64,000 nucleotides of DNA from Octopus bimaculoides. Taxonomy: Eukaryota. The stretch lies in NCBI RefSeq assembly GCF_001194135.2, contig NC_068988.1, forward strand, positions 13,081,404 to 13,145,403. The letters run 5' to 3'. The notes beneath the pieces are model-generated. The model saw nothing but the letters and a program-made list of their open reading frames with translations, did no database searches and was not told the DNA's origin. The translations under genes and the position numbers were made by a program. Below, piece by piece: positions 24,501 to 37,850 of this stretch (position 1 is its first letter; each line of letters opens with the position of its first letter).

Positions 24501-24789
24501 ACTAAACTCTCAATACTTGACAGGGTTGCATCTTGTTGCCATTTCAGTTCCTGATGGCAATCGATTTCACTGTGCAAAAAGTGATGTATTGCACTCGTTT
24601 CGGATTAATGTGAAGACTGGGCAAACTGACAGATTTGCATTTCATAAATGACTTGGGGCTAAGTCTTTGACAAAGATATGCCGCAAACCCTGACAGCCAG
24701 TACAGTTTGGGAATTAGAGCAGTTCTGCTGATTAGCAGTGGAAAAGCCAAAGCCATGTCAGTTGGTGGAGCCCAAGCATAACTTGTCAA

Positions 24790-25290
24790 TCTTGGAGAAG
24801 ATGAAATCGAGCATGTCTAAATTTGCAGATCTTAAAAGCTGTATTTTTGAGGGTGATGCAGAAGATGAAGTCTGAACCAGGATAGGTGATGCAATGTCAG
24901 TATGCCATTACCTTTGTCCAACATGGAAATCAAAGACCATCAGGAAGAAGATAAAGCTGCAGCTATACTCATCTCTTGTTAAAGCAACAGCCATCTACAC
25001 CTGTGAAACCTGGAAGAAGACAGCAAAGATTTCTCAATTGCTGGATGTGTTACACTGATACTGCCTACATTCAACGTTGGGCATCTTTTACCAGGACAGT
25101 GAGAAATGAAGAGATGATAAGAGCTGTCATGAGAAGCTTGCAGGAAAAGGTAACTAAGTGGCTAATACGGTTTACTGGCCATGTGTTTCGATTACAACAG
25201 GAAGGACATGCTACCATTGGGATGGAGTAGATGCCAGAAGGAGGAAAAAGACTGAGTGGAAGACCAAAGAAGCTATGGTTCAGTATACTT
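24790..25290 (+). mobile_element. Decayed RTE/BovB-like LINE RT C-terminal fragment
   Basis: Frameshifted translation includes WKSKTIRKKIKLQLYSSLVKATAIYTCETWKKTAKISQLLDV...RFTGHVFRL...GGKRLSGRPKKLW. Confidence 0.8.
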
Positions 25291-25294
25291 TGGA

Positions 25295-25690
25295 AATGGA
25301 GAGGGTCAGAGTAGGGTGGTCAAGGAAGTGAATAGAGTTTTCATAGATGGAAGATGTAAATTAGTGAAATGGGTGGAAAGAACTAACAAAGAAATGAAAG
25401 TGTTTATCTCCTTTCAAGAAAAAGAGAGAGTTGGCCCCAAAACAGTCATCAGTATGATTATACAGCTCTGGAGTGGGAATGGTGAACTGGGAGAAGACCT
25501 GGGATTTAATGTAGCCAACAAACTGGCATAGGTGGGTCCCTTCTTCATTCCCATGGCCACTCCAGTGATCTGCTCGTAGATCTTGCCTGCAAAGGAAAAA
25601 CATTTGAATGTGAGAATAAGCTTGACTAGACAAAGGAGACTGGAGTTACTGGGATAGAGTGGTGCATACATTGAGACAGGGATGATCAGG
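25295..25690 (-). mobile_element. Penelope-like RT fragment
   Basis: LVKLILTFKCFSFAGKIYEQITGVAMGMKKGPTYASLL, then PELYNHTDDCFG (degenerate YxDD), FHFFVSSFHP and IHFLD. Confidence 0.85.
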
Positions 25691-26076
25691 GCTTGAATAC
25701 CTTAACCTGTATGAATTGGTCATGTGAATTACGTATCACCACACTTATTAATTTTTTTTTTAAAAGCACATAGCTTAACTGATATTTTTTGCTTTTTAAG
25801 CAGAAAAACTGTTTTATGAGTGATGTTTTATAGTTTATTTAAGTACTAGGTTCATGAATTATAGAGTTCATAAAGTGCCTATGTTACTCTATTCTCATTT
25901 TAGTCAGAAAATTTATGTCATTTTCTATTTCCTACTGACAGAGCAAAGATCACTCCACAAATTTATACAAAAATCTTTGATGCATTGGAAAATTTTTGGG
26001 TTCATTAAATCTATTTTTACTTTAATAAAGAGAAAATTATTATTATTTTCTTTTTTTTTGTTTCTCCTACATTTAG

Positions 26077-26182
26077 GAGAAAAAGGGATCTATACTGGTC
26101 TTAGAGTGATTGTGAAATATGTGGCAGAGCTCTTGAATGGCAGAAACCTTCACGATTTGAGCCAATCAAAGAACTAAAAAGT
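26077..26182 (+). CDS. Candidate exon with strong splice signals, frame ambiguous
   Basis: ttttttttgtttctcctacatttag acceptor and AGT|GTATGT donor; frame 2 RKRDLYWS*SDCEICGRALEWQKPSRFEPIKELKS; frame 3 EKGIYTGLRVIVKYVAELLNGRNLHDLSQSKN*. Confidence 0.25.
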
Positions 26183-28299
26183 GTATGTATTAGTGTGGCT
26201 CAGTTTCTAAGGTACAAAGAATCCTCTGGTAAAGAAGTCAATTCCATCTATAGTTTCTGTTGATTGTTAATGAAGGGCAGCTCAAAGTACCCCTAAAGGT
26301 ACAATACAAATATATATTATATGAGTCTGTTGTTTAGCCCCAGGTCAGGTTTGATTGAGCAGTTCTATGAACTAAGGTATTCAAGCTCTGATCATCCTGT
26401 CTTTGTTTAAGACATAGTGTATCCATGATAATGTAGTCTTGTATATACAATATCTCTTTCTTTTAAGGTGGTAGAGCTGATTTTCTGCAGGTTTTCTTTG
26501 ACTCATATTATAAAATGTATTCTTGTGAGGTAAGATTTGTTTATATTGTAGTATTTCAGTCACTAAAGAATTCTCCAAATATAACACCTTTGTACTATTG
26601 ATTCCTACAGCTAGAGCAAGACTGTGTAATCAATAACTTATCATTAGCAAAACCTTCCTTACGAGGCACTTAAATCTCAGGACGTTGGCATTTTGAGAAA
26701 ATGACAACAGAACCATCATATTCAATTGATTTCTTTGAGAAACTTCTACATTAGTTAGATGGCAAATAACTAGTTTATGAGGATGTAATTTTACTTTTCA
26801 AGAAGTGCTTGTAACGAGAGAACTAGAAAAATGTGATGTGAGCAGCCAGTATAGCTCTGAACAGAGGAAGTAAAACTGACACTATTATCTGTAAAAGTAG
26901 ATAAATAGTAGCTAATTGCCCTTAAAACAAAGACATTAATGTAGAAATAATTTTTCTTAGTGTAGGAAAGAAATGTTGTTATACTGAGCTAATCAATATC
27001 TATTTGGCAAGGCTGAATGAAAACACTGTTAAAAATAAGTATCATATATGAGGTTATGCTAGAAATTTCTGAAGACTTTCTCATATAATATAAGAATACA
27101 ATTGCTTTCAGTAATTACTCTTGTTGTGTATTGACCTGTAAAATGTAATCAATGAATTAGTTAAGGGATAAAAGTTAAGACATTAGTCTTCCTCACGCTT
27201 AATTAATTCAGTAGAAAGAAAATATTTGAAGCTGCAAACAGTTAACACCTAAGGTAGGAATTAATAAGAGATCATATATAATGATAATCCACTGGACTAG
27301 TGGGTGTTTTCCTTTTGTATATCTGATTGATAAAATACTTGAAAATTTGACTGGCTTAGGGGATTTGTTTTTGTTTTCTCTTTTTAATGACAAGTCTTAT
27401 TCACCTTTAATCATACACATATTGTCTTAGCATGCACAAATAACAACCATGGGAATCAACTCTTTTGGTTTTTTTCTTCTTTTTTTTTTTTTTTAGGAAT
27501 GCTCAAAATTAATGAAGGGGATCTCCTAAATGAATGGTTTCTTCTTTAGGTAGCTTTGTCTTAATATAACTAAAAATAATAATAATTTATTCACACAATT
27601 ATAGCATTGATAATTATTATATTTAAACAAAACCTGTCTATTCCCCACTTATTTAAATCTACAACCTTGCATAAACTCACTAAGTTCTTTGAGGTTTGTT
27701 TTTATTGTTGTGAAATGTTTATGCAACACAAATAGTTTTGGTACTGTTTTTACCATTTCCATTAATAAATGAAGTTCATTTGTTTCAGTGCATTGTACTT
27801 ATTATTTTGAAACATTTCATTTCTGTATGATGAATGTGAATATAATATTTCTAGACTGCCTGTCATAAGAATATAGAAATTTTCTCCATATACTTTTAAT
27901 TACATTATTTCTATATTTATAAAAATTAAAGCCCATATCAGAGTTTGAAAAATATTTTCATAAAACTTGAGATAATTGAAAATGTATTTGAAAAGCAGCT
28001 GTAAAACAACTTAGTACAATTTTTTTTTAATTTGGCATTAAATTTGAGTTATATGACAGAGGCATGGGAAGTTGTGGTAACTACACATTTCTTAAAAGAC
28101 AGTAGATCTAAAGCTGCTAAAGTTTCTATTGAAACAAATATTCTAATTTAAAAAGCAGTGTATAGATAATAAAGAATGTTGTTTTTATGCAATATGAAAC
28201 GAAAATTGTTTAATTATATTACCAAAAGTATATTTTTATTTGCAATATCAATTTTAGAATAGGCATATTATATCTCTGTATGTCATAAGATGTGATTAA

Positions 28300-28445
28300 A
28301 AGGGTTGGCAACAGGATGGGTATCCAGTTATAAAACACAACCTCAGAAAATCCATCCAACCCAATCCAGCATGGAAAACCATCATCTGTTTTCCATGCTG
28401 GCATGGGTTGGACTGCTGGCATGTGGACATTAAATGCTGATGAAA
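28300..28445. mobile_element. Two RTE-tail fragments joined tail to tail
   Basis: ccagcatggaaaa-ccatcatctg-ttttccatgctgg, extended by tccaaccc/gggttgga. Confidence 0.65.
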
Positions 28446-30086
28446 AAAGCTGATCTGTTACACAATATTTAAGGCCACTATTTCAAGATTTGGCCTGCAT
28501 AAATAACAATGCAAAATCATTAAATATTTTCCTAAATCCTTAATTTCAGCGAGTATTAAAAGTGAGGTATCTTGATAAGATTTATTTATTTTTACCTATA
28601 TTATGTTAACGTCTTTTTTTTATTTTGGTTTTTTTTTCAAAGTTCCATGTCTGGCTAAAGACATTTCATGTGGTTTGATGCATAATTAGTTTTTTAAAAA
28701 ATCAATAAATTGGGTTGGCCATCTTAAATTTTTTCTCTACATCTATTGATTTATATTGCAGCATGACTTTGATTCTATTAGCAATTACCCACCAAAACAA
28801 CAGGTCAATTGACTACATGGCAGCTTAATAAAGTTATTGACAGAATCACTTCTGTTTGCTAGGATATATCAAAACACAGGGCTTTGTTTTCAATAATTCA
28901 ATTGTAGCTTCTTATCGTTCAATACAAAAGAAATTAACAATTACTGGTAGACAAAAATACTACAATGCACATGCACGTATGCAAATGTTTACACACACGT
29001 GTTGAATTATGTATGAGATTGTTATATTTATTGAAACAAGATATTTCTACCTGCTGCTACAAACCCACACATGCAAGCTTTTACATACAACTATACACAG
29101 GGTACAGAGATTCATGTGAATATTGTATAAAAACAAGAGAAATCCTTTTCAAGATCATCATCACCATCATGATAATGGTGGTGATGATTATCATCATTTA
29201 ACAGGAAACCATTTTTGCGTGTAATTCTTTTGTACTTGATCACAATGTAGATATTTTGAAATAACAAATACTTAAATATGGACTTTAGGTGTATTAACCT
29301 ATATATCCCAGTGGCTTTCACTAGGTCAGGGTCATGATAGCATGCTATATATTAGTAAAAAAACCCCATTCATTGTTAATTCTCAATTTGGCTTTATTCA
29401 CTCATACTTCTAAAATTAAGATTTTATTAAAATTGCACCCATCTATATTATGAAAAATTATAAGTTTCTGAGTTTGTGCTTAAATCTTTTATATTATTAG
29501 AATCCTTAACTTAATATTTTAGTTGTATTATACATTTCTTTATTTCTCATCAGTTTGAAGTTAAACTACAGTTAAATCTGAAGTTTGTGTAGATACGAGT
29601 AGCTCCTGTTCAGATTCACTATTTTGTTTGCATCACTTGTTTGCATCAAAAGTACTACTGTTGGTAATAGACTTAGCTTGTACTCCCTAGTCCATTGTAC
29701 TCCCTAGTCCATGTAATGATTGAAAAGTGGTCATGTTAGAACAATTCCCCATTGGCTTTTGAAGCCTGTGAGTAGATTTAAACATACTATTTGTCCCTGT
29801 TTGCTACTGCGAAATTTATATCATTATGGTATAATTTTATAGGTAGATGTAATGGATCACTGAAGGTTAAGTACCATTACCAAATAGAACATTGATGATA
29901 GAATATCATTTTGAATGCTAAGCCAGTACTATCAACATATCTAGATCCAATTCTGTAATGCATTACTGACAAATGGCATATTTTGTGTTATCACATGCTC
30001 TGTTGTAGTATACAGCAATACTTTCAAACATGATTTGATGCACACATGAGAATTGACTGCAAGAAATATGAAGTGTGTGTGTGTGT

Positions 30087-30488
30087 ATTCTTTTCTTTTA
30101 CTTGTTTCAGTCATTTGACTATGGCCATGCTGGAGCACCACCTTTAGTTAAGAACAAACCAACCCCAGGACTTATTCTTTGTAAGCCTAGTACTTATTCT
30201 ATCAGTCTCTATTGCCAAACTGCTAAGTTACGGGGACGTAAACACACCAACATTGGTTGTCAAGCAATGGTGGTGTTGGTGGGGACAAACATGCATACAC
30301 ACACACACACATATAGATAGATAGATATGACAGGCTTCTTTCAGTTTCCGTCTACCAAATCCACTCACAAGGCTTTGGTCAGCCTGAGGCTATAGTAGTA
30401 GACATTTGCCTAGGGTGCCACACGGTGGGACTGAACCTGGAACTATATGGTTGAGAAGCAAGCTTCTTACCACACAGCCACTCCTGTG
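30087..30488 (-). mobile_element. SINE family S1, near full length
   Basis: Tail cttgtttcagtcatttgactatggccatgctggagcacc, internal (CA)/(TAGA), head ...cttaccacacagccactcctg. Confidence 0.9.
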
Positions 30489-31212
30489 TGTATCACTGAT
30501 ATTTGCATCTACCATGTCTATTGGCATATAATAGACAGGTTTTCCTGGATTTTTAAACCTAAATATTAGAGGTACATGTTATACACATTACCCATTTTCA
30601 CTTAATGCATCACTAACATTTGAGATGACATGGTAGAAGTTAATTAGTTGTATCTATTGTCCAAGCTAAATGATATTCAGTGAAAATTTAATCACTATAT
30701 TTTTTGGTATTAGTGATTAACTATTTAAATGTTTGTCACTACAGTCAGATGCACATCCAAGGGAATTGCTGTTATTTAACTTCAATGCAGGAGGCCATAA
30801 TGTAATGATTCTATTATTGAAAATACTATTTGAATTGTTTAATTTGAAGTTTAAATTAATAAATAACCAGTAAGAATAATATCAAAATGCAAATATAAAC
30901 TGAAAAAGAAATACTTTTCTACTTGAAATACTCTATAATAATGAATTGTTGCTTTGGAAAAAAACTTAAGTACTTGATAATAAAATTTTTTACACAAAAA
31001 TATTTATGTTCTGCATTTATTATGTTTTATGTATCCTTCCATATTAGTGGATACATAAAACAGTCTACAGCAGTAAAGTTCAAAGTTCACTTGAATTTGC
31101 CTATTGCTTTGAGGATATGTGAATGTTTCAATGTCTTCTTATACAGAAATTATAATAAATCTGGCTAAATACTGCCATTTCTTTATATCGTAATATTAAA
31201 AAAAGAAGTGCA

Positions 31213-31550
31213 CCTTAGGTGCAGGAGTGACTGTGTGGTTAAGAAGCTTGCTTCCCAACAATGTTCTCTTTGGTTCAGTCTACTGTGTGGCTCTTTGGGG
31301 AAATGTCTTGTACTAGAGTGGATTTGGTAGATGGTGTATATGTGTGTGTGTGAGTGTGTGTGTCTCCTCCTCATCATTGCTTGACAATTGGTGTTGGTTT
31401 GTTTACATCCCATAATGTAGTGGTTTTGCAAAAGAGACCAATAAGAATAAGTACCAGACTTTAAAAAATGTAATTAAGTACTGGGATTGATTTGTTTAAC
31501 GAAACCCTTCAAGATGGTATTATTGCAGGCCAGTGATTGAAACAAGTAAA
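31213..31550 (+). mobile_element. SINE family S1, decayed
   Basis: aggtgcaggagtgactgtgtggttaagaagcttgc...ttgacaattggtgttgg...aataagtaccagac...attgaaacaagtaaaa. Confidence 0.8.
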
Positions 31551-32014
31551 AAATAAGATTACATGAGAAATATTGAATGGGGGAAGATTTTGTAGCTCAT
31601 ATAGTTAGTGAATACATTATACTCAGTTGCGTATAACCTGGTGTAAAACTCAATGTATATATACTTCTGAATGAAGTACAGAGCAGTGATGAGAAAAGAG
31701 ATGACAGAAGACTAACCACTTATCTTATGAACTTCATTAACTTAATGCTGTTTCCACTATAAGATGTGATGGACTCATAGTTAAGTGCCTGAATAACACC
31801 TCAGTTTCATCAGAGCCTCAAACATGCTTTTGTCATCTCTTTTTTTATTAAATGGTACTGAAAAAAATAACTCTGAATTGTTTTATATGACTCATATGTC
31901 AGATTCACAAGTTAAATTATTCAGATTGCAAGGATGATGATTTTCAATTTGCATAATGGATAACATGTAGTTTGATTTTGATGTTGGGAGTTGTTGATTT
32001 TACAAATAAATAGT

Positions 32015-32061
<47 letters not shown>

Positions 32062-32263
32062 ACGTGTGCGTGCGTGCGTGCATTGGTTTGGATGACAGAA
32101 TGGGTGTGATGAACAAAAATACTTTTAATTTAATTTTGATTATCTCCCTTTATGCCCATTATGGCTGTCATCCAATGACTGAAACTTGTAGAAGAATATA
32201 ATCATGTTATGTATCACATACGTGAATATTTAAGACAGGAGTTCACTATCTTATCAATTCAGT

Positions 32264-33175
32264 CATCATCATCATCATCATCGTTTAACGTCCGCTTTCC
32301 ATGCTAGCATGGGTTGGACGATTTGACTGAGGACTGGTGAAACCGGATGGCAACACCAGGCTCCAGTCTGATTTGGCAGAGTTTCTACAGCTGGATGCCC
32401 TTCCTAATGCCAACCACTCAGAGAGTGTAGTGGGTGCTTTTACGTATCACCCGCACGAAAACGGCCACGCTCGAAATGGTGTCTTTTNNNNNNNNNNNNN
32501 NNNNNNNNNNNNNNNNNNNNNNNNNNNNNNNNNNNNNNNNNNNNNNNNNNNNNNNNNNNNNNNNNNNNNNNNNNNNNNNNNNNNNNNNNNNNNNNNNNNN
32601 NNNNNNNNNNNNNNNNNNNNNNNNNNNNNNNNNNNNNNNNNNNNNNNNNNNNNNNNNNNNNNNNNNNNNNNNNNNNNNNNNNNNNNNNNNNNNNNNNNNN
32701 NNNNNNNNNNNNNNNNNNNNNNNNNNNNNNNNNNNNNNNNNNNNNNNNNNNNNNNNNNNNNNNNNNNNNNNNNNNNNNNNNNNNNNNNNNNNNNNNNNNN
32801 NNNNNNNNNNNNNNNNNNNNNNNNNNNNNNNNNNNNNNNNNNNNNNNNNTCCTCCTCCATTCTCACCACATGTCCATACCAGCGCAATCGTCTCTCTTGC
32901 ACACCACAACTGATGCTTCTAATGTTCAGCTTTTCTCTCAAGATACTTACACTCTGACGGGTATTCACATTGACATTACACATCCAACGGAGCATACTGG
33001 CTTCATTCCTTGCGAGCTTACGTATGTCCTCAGCAGTTACAGCCCATGTTTCACTGCCATGTAGCATGGTTGTTCGTACGCATGCGTCATACAGTCTGCC
33101 TTTTACTCTGAGTGAGAGTCCCTTTGTCGCCAGCAGGTGTAAGAGCTCTCTAAACTTTGCCCAGGCTATTCTTGT
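32264..33175 (-). mobile_element. Young 5'-truncated RTE-clade LINE spanning a 362-N gap
   Basis: TRIAWAKFRELLHLLATKGLSLRVKGRLYDACVRTTMLHGSETWAVTAEDIRKLARNEASMLRWMC...RRLRWYGHVVRMEE; (GAT)n tail; same family as 4131-5185 with CpGs retained. Confidence 0.93.
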
Positions 33176-34267
33176 ATCTATAAAATATGTAGAGTAATGA
33201 TTGGAATAGAAAATGGTAGCCAAGTTGCTTATTTAGTTTTCTAAGATCTTACAACAGAAGAAACTTATAATCTTGAAATAAATAACGAAATAAAAATTCA
33301 CCTTGCAGACAATAGTTAATGGTAGATAACTGACAACAAATAAGTGTAAGTCAGCCAGTCGGAAAATTGTGATAATAATAGAAATATTCATGTCTGGGAA
33401 GATTTGAGAGGTTAAGCTTTTCTAAGCTGATCACTATAGCTAATTAACAATCATACATTGAGAACTAGAAATTAATTCCTTTACATTGACTGATAACTAT
33501 AAATGTCGAGTTACCATAGCATTTTAATTATAAAATAATTCATAATTAAAATAATAATAAAAAGTGAAAACCAAGCTTGTAACTTGTGACAGATTTCTGA
33601 ATTGAAGAGAGGATAATTAAGGAAGTTTAAAACCTGTCAGTTCTAATTATTATTTATTGTCAATTTGGGAAACTCATTAGCATATATGATAAAGAGACAG
33701 ATTAGTAATAGTTGGCTTCATGTATTTCAGTTCCTATCTTGCTAGAATTTCATTCCTCAAATGCCAGTAAAATCATTGTAGTTGGCTATATCCATCTCAA
33801 TTACAGTACTAAGGTCCTTATGTCTGACATAGAAATAAATAGTTAAATTTTTTCCTATGAAAATATTAATATAGTGTATTCAAATATAACTAAGCTTAAG
33901 AAATTAGATTTATGCTTCAATCAAAGCTGTTTAACTGTTGTTTGGACAGTTTACGGTGCCATACAAACAAGTGATCTATAACTCTGCATGACTCAAACTA
34001 TTATCTTGTACTTGTTTTGTTTTTTTTTCTCTTTCTGCTCTTTATTGGCTTCTTAGATTTAAAAGCTTAATCACTTATAATTCCAAGCTGTAGGAAGATT
34101 ATTATGAAGTGTAATTGGTCTTACTTGAAGAAAAACAAATTTCTTGTTTTGAATTAAATTTCACTGTGAGTGAATAAATAAGTGTTTTGTCCACAATTAT
34201 GGGTTGCCTAAGATAAACAGTAAGAACATCTTAAGCTTCCTCTGGTATTCAGGTATCCTGACATTAA

Positions 34268-34487
34268 CTCTTTAGTGTTCAGTTTATTCTGTTAAATTTA
34301 TTCCTTATCTATTCACATTGTTTTGAATTACTCGTGCATTATCTCATAGCTTTAAGATTTTGATGATATGATTGTATATTTTTAGAATGATAATGTAGGG
34401 TAAGTGTGAGAGGCCAGATCTGACTTGTTTGAACATTAAGCATGTAGAATATTTTGGCTGGATATGGCTGGTTTAAATGCTAAAGGG
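34268..34487. mobile_element. piggyBac-type MITE
   Basis: TTAA|CTCTTTAG...CTAAAGGG|TTAA. Confidence 0.65.
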
Positions 34488-34943
34488 TTAACGTAAAACA
34501 ACCACTCTTTTCTTTCTCTGAGCATCTTATTAATACTTTACATGTGCTACATCTGCATGTTGTTTTTTTCCTTGTCTTTTCTCCATTTTTTAAATTAATT
34601 ATATATATATATATATATGTATATATGTGTATATATACGTGTGTGTGTGTGTGTAGTAATTCTTTGAATGTATTAATTCTTTGTTTCCTCGCCAACTGTT
34701 TTTCTCTGTTATCTTGCTATTGTATGGTGGTTTAATTAAGACTTTAGTTCTTATTTCTAGCAAGTGTATACTTTTAAGCATCCTAATGCTTCTTGCAAAT
34801 TTGTAATTTATAGCTAAATAATGCTATTTGCCTGTGGACCACCTATGATACTGCTGTTGATACCATCAATGTCAATTTTAAATCTTATCCACAGATGAAA
34901 TTAACAGTAGTGACATCTAATTTCAAATCTTAGTGTTTGAATG

Positions 34944-35004
<61 letters not shown>

Positions 35005-35007
<3 letters not shown>

Positions 35008-35377
35008 GGGGCACCCTAAAGTAACTGGAAACATTCTCTGTGGGACAAACCCATTGTAATTCAGGCTTCTGCCACTAGAAGCCACTTGATGTGACCCTCA
35101 GGCATCAGTCTGCTGACTGACGGCATTGGGTGAAGTCATGCTGGTGTGTTTCTGTTCATCGATTTTTGCGATGACTGTAACAAAGGAACAGTGTGCTTCC
35201 ATAAAATTCTGTTTGCAAGAGTTCCAGGACTGCTTCGAACAATGGAAAACACATCTGGACTGATGCATTGCTTCAAATAGAGAATACTTTGAAGGCAATA
35301 AAAGTGTAAACACGTAAAACTAAGTGCATAAAATAACATTGGAAAATTCCGGTTTCTTTTGGGTACCTCACCTCATA
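35005..35377 (+). mobile_element. Internally deleted mariner element
   Basis: 35171-35317 reads MTVTKEQCASIKFCL joined to QEFQDCFEQWKTHLD*CIASNREYFEGNK, i.e. mariner N-terminus fused to C-terminus; imperfect TIRs. Confidence 0.8.
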
Positions 35378-35378
35378 A

Positions 35379-35384
<6 letters not shown>

Positions 35385-35415
<31 letters not shown>

Positions 35416-35605
35416 GTGTCTGTGTTTGTCTTCCACCACTGCTTGACAGCCAACGTTGGTTTGTTTACATCTCCATAGCTTAGTGGTTTGGCAAAAAAGA
35501 CCTTAGAAAAATAAGTACTAGGGTTGATTCATTTAACTAAAATTCTTCAAGGCTGTGGCCCAGCACGGCCACAGACGAATGACTGAAAGAAGTAAAAGAC
35601 AAAGG
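35385..35605 (+). mobile_element. SINE S1 tail half
   Basis: (TG)n then ttgacagccaacgttgg...aataagtactagggttgatt...gactgaaagaagtaaaag. Confidence 0.75.
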
Positions 35606-36695
35606 AAGATCCCTTTAGCATGCATTAGACAGTTCTGCAAATTTGTATATTAGCATTTGAATTGTTATGATAGTTGTTTTTTCAATGGATCCCACAGTGA
35701 AATATCGTTTTATGAGCTGGATTTGCAATTTTATGCCAGTTATCCAATACCTTAACCACATCGCCTTTGTATTTTAAAAAGCTCTGCTGCTGAATTGAAG
35801 AAATTATTTAGTATTGATTTTCAGTTATTAATTGTGTTTTTCACTGATTAAGCACATTGTTTTGATGTGTCTGGTTTTCAGTGAGTTCAGTGAATGAAAG
35901 AGACCATGATGAGGAAGCATTTCCATTAAACATTTTTAGTGTGTGTGAGATAGCATACATTGACTGGATTTGTAATTCTAATAATTTTTGTGCAGTTCAT
36001 GATCAGAGGTGCAAGCATGGCTCTGTGGTTAAAAAGCTTGCTTTCCAATTGCTAGATCTGGGTTTGATTCCACTGTGTGGTGTGGTGCTTTGGACAAGTG
36101 TCTTATACTGTAGCCTCAGGCTGACCAATACATATTAGATAATAATACATGGAAATAAGAACTATGAAAGTTGTTTTTAAAAGAGGCAGGGCAGTGTTAA
36201 GTTTGTGTTAGCATTTTATGTAGAAGTTTATTTCAGGGTGTGTAAAAAAACAATACTTGTCAATTGCTGATAGTATGTTGGTTCTTTAGTCACCCCAGGA
36301 TGTATGGGAGACTACTCTGGACATGTTTTGTTTTTATCATGACCTTTTCCATGAAGCAAAGACTTTACCATACTTAAGTGATTCTTTCAGCACTACTTCA
36401 CCTATTATAATGAAGTCTATGCTTTGCTGATGAGGTCATGATCATACCAAAATATGCATGGCATTATGTCTCTCATGAGTTGAAAGATTTAAAATAATAT
36501 TAGTCATTGGTTAATATTGTTTCTCTCTACATTTAGCTTGGTAATAATAATAATAATAATAGTATTGTTTTTTTCTCTTCTACTTAGTTTTATAATACTC
36601 CTTGCGTTAAGTATGTTAATGAGTTTTGTTTTGCATGTGAGTGTCATTGAAATTTTCATGTCTATGTAAAGTTAAGTTTGTTAAATTTCCCTCAG

Positions 36696-36757
36696 GTAAA
36701 CTTGATAAACATGATTGTTTCAAACTGGAATCAATAAAATCAGGAAACCCATTTTGA
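36696..36757 (+). CDS. Candidate terminal exon (GKLDKHDCFKLESIKSGNPF*)
   Basis: tttgttaaatttccctcag acceptor, 19 sense codons ending in NPF then a stop, followed by AT-rich sequence with AATAAA at 36899, 36930 and 36973. The same site also reads as a donor (CAG|GTAAAC). Confidence 0.2.
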
Positions 36758-37590
36758 ATATGAATATGGCAGTCTTTTGAACTACTTTCAGTTGTGCAAT
36801 AGTAACTTATTGGCTGAAAGTTAAATACTTCTGATGTGTTATTGTTTACTGCTTATCTTTCCACTAAATATATTTTCTTATCATCATCTATTGCAAAAAA
36901 TAAATGTAGATATCTTTATTCTGTTAGTCAATAAACACAAAATGGTTTTGTGACTTGTTTCATTCATTGCAAAATAAATCAATTTTTTAAAAATATTGTG
37001 TAATGTATCTGTACATTATGATTATATTTACTTTATCTATTGTATAAAAACGAAAAGAGGCTTATAACCCTTTCATAACTATTATAACCTTAGCTCCAAA
37101 TGAATCTCTATTAAATTCATCTAATGAATTATGTAAAAGCTGTGTCTGATTTTCTTTTGTCACTTGCAGTGACAACAAATAAACTGGAAAAAAAAAAGAA
37201 AAAGAAAAAAGAAATAAATACAAATTCATTATTTGCAAAGATCTCATTTCTAATGTCTCTGTCAGCCATATATTTTTAAAAAGGTTTAATGTGAATTAAT
37301 TGTTAAATATATTTTTGAAGTGTGAATGTTTTATAATACATAAATAACTTTTGTTTCTTGGTTTATCTGACATGAGTCTATCATCATGGTTGTTTTTGTT
37401 TTTTCTTTGTTTCGTTTGTCTATATTTCTTTATAGGAATTTATATTAAATTTCATGATCTTTTCTTCCTTAATGAATTTCAAGTCATACTCTTAATAGTA
37501 GTTATTTTTATAACCCATTGCTTGTTTTTCATAACTCATTACTTGACTAAACTCCAGGCTACAGCTAGCTATTTCACCTGTTATTGAATT

Positions 37591-37811
37591 CTTTACTCTT
37601 TTATTCATTTCAGTCATTTGACTGTGGCCATGCTGGAGCACCGCCTTTAGTCGAGCAAATCGACCCCAGGACTTATTCTTTGTAAGCCTATTACTTATTC
37701 TATCGGTCTCTTTTTGCCGAACCGCTAAGTTATGGGGACGTAAACACATCACCATCGGTTGTCAAGCGATGTTGGAGGGTCAAACACAGACACACAAACA
37801 TATACACGCAC

Positions 37812-37850
<39 letters not shown>

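Noticed and set aside
27498-27550. Poly-T acceptor followed by MLKINEGDLLNEWFLL*
   Set aside because: All frames stop before a convincing donor, and poly-T plus AG is common here.
29677-29712. 17-bp tandem duplication (also a short duplication at 56053-56104)
   Set aside because: Ordinary slippage duplications with no further structure.
32337-32957. ORFs of 160-206 aa
   Set aside because: Length comes from the N gap; only the minus-strand RTE frame is meaningful.
36425-36455. CTGATGA followed by a hairpin, as a second hammerhead
   Set aside because: AAAA replaces the essential GAAA and there is no stem III or stem I.
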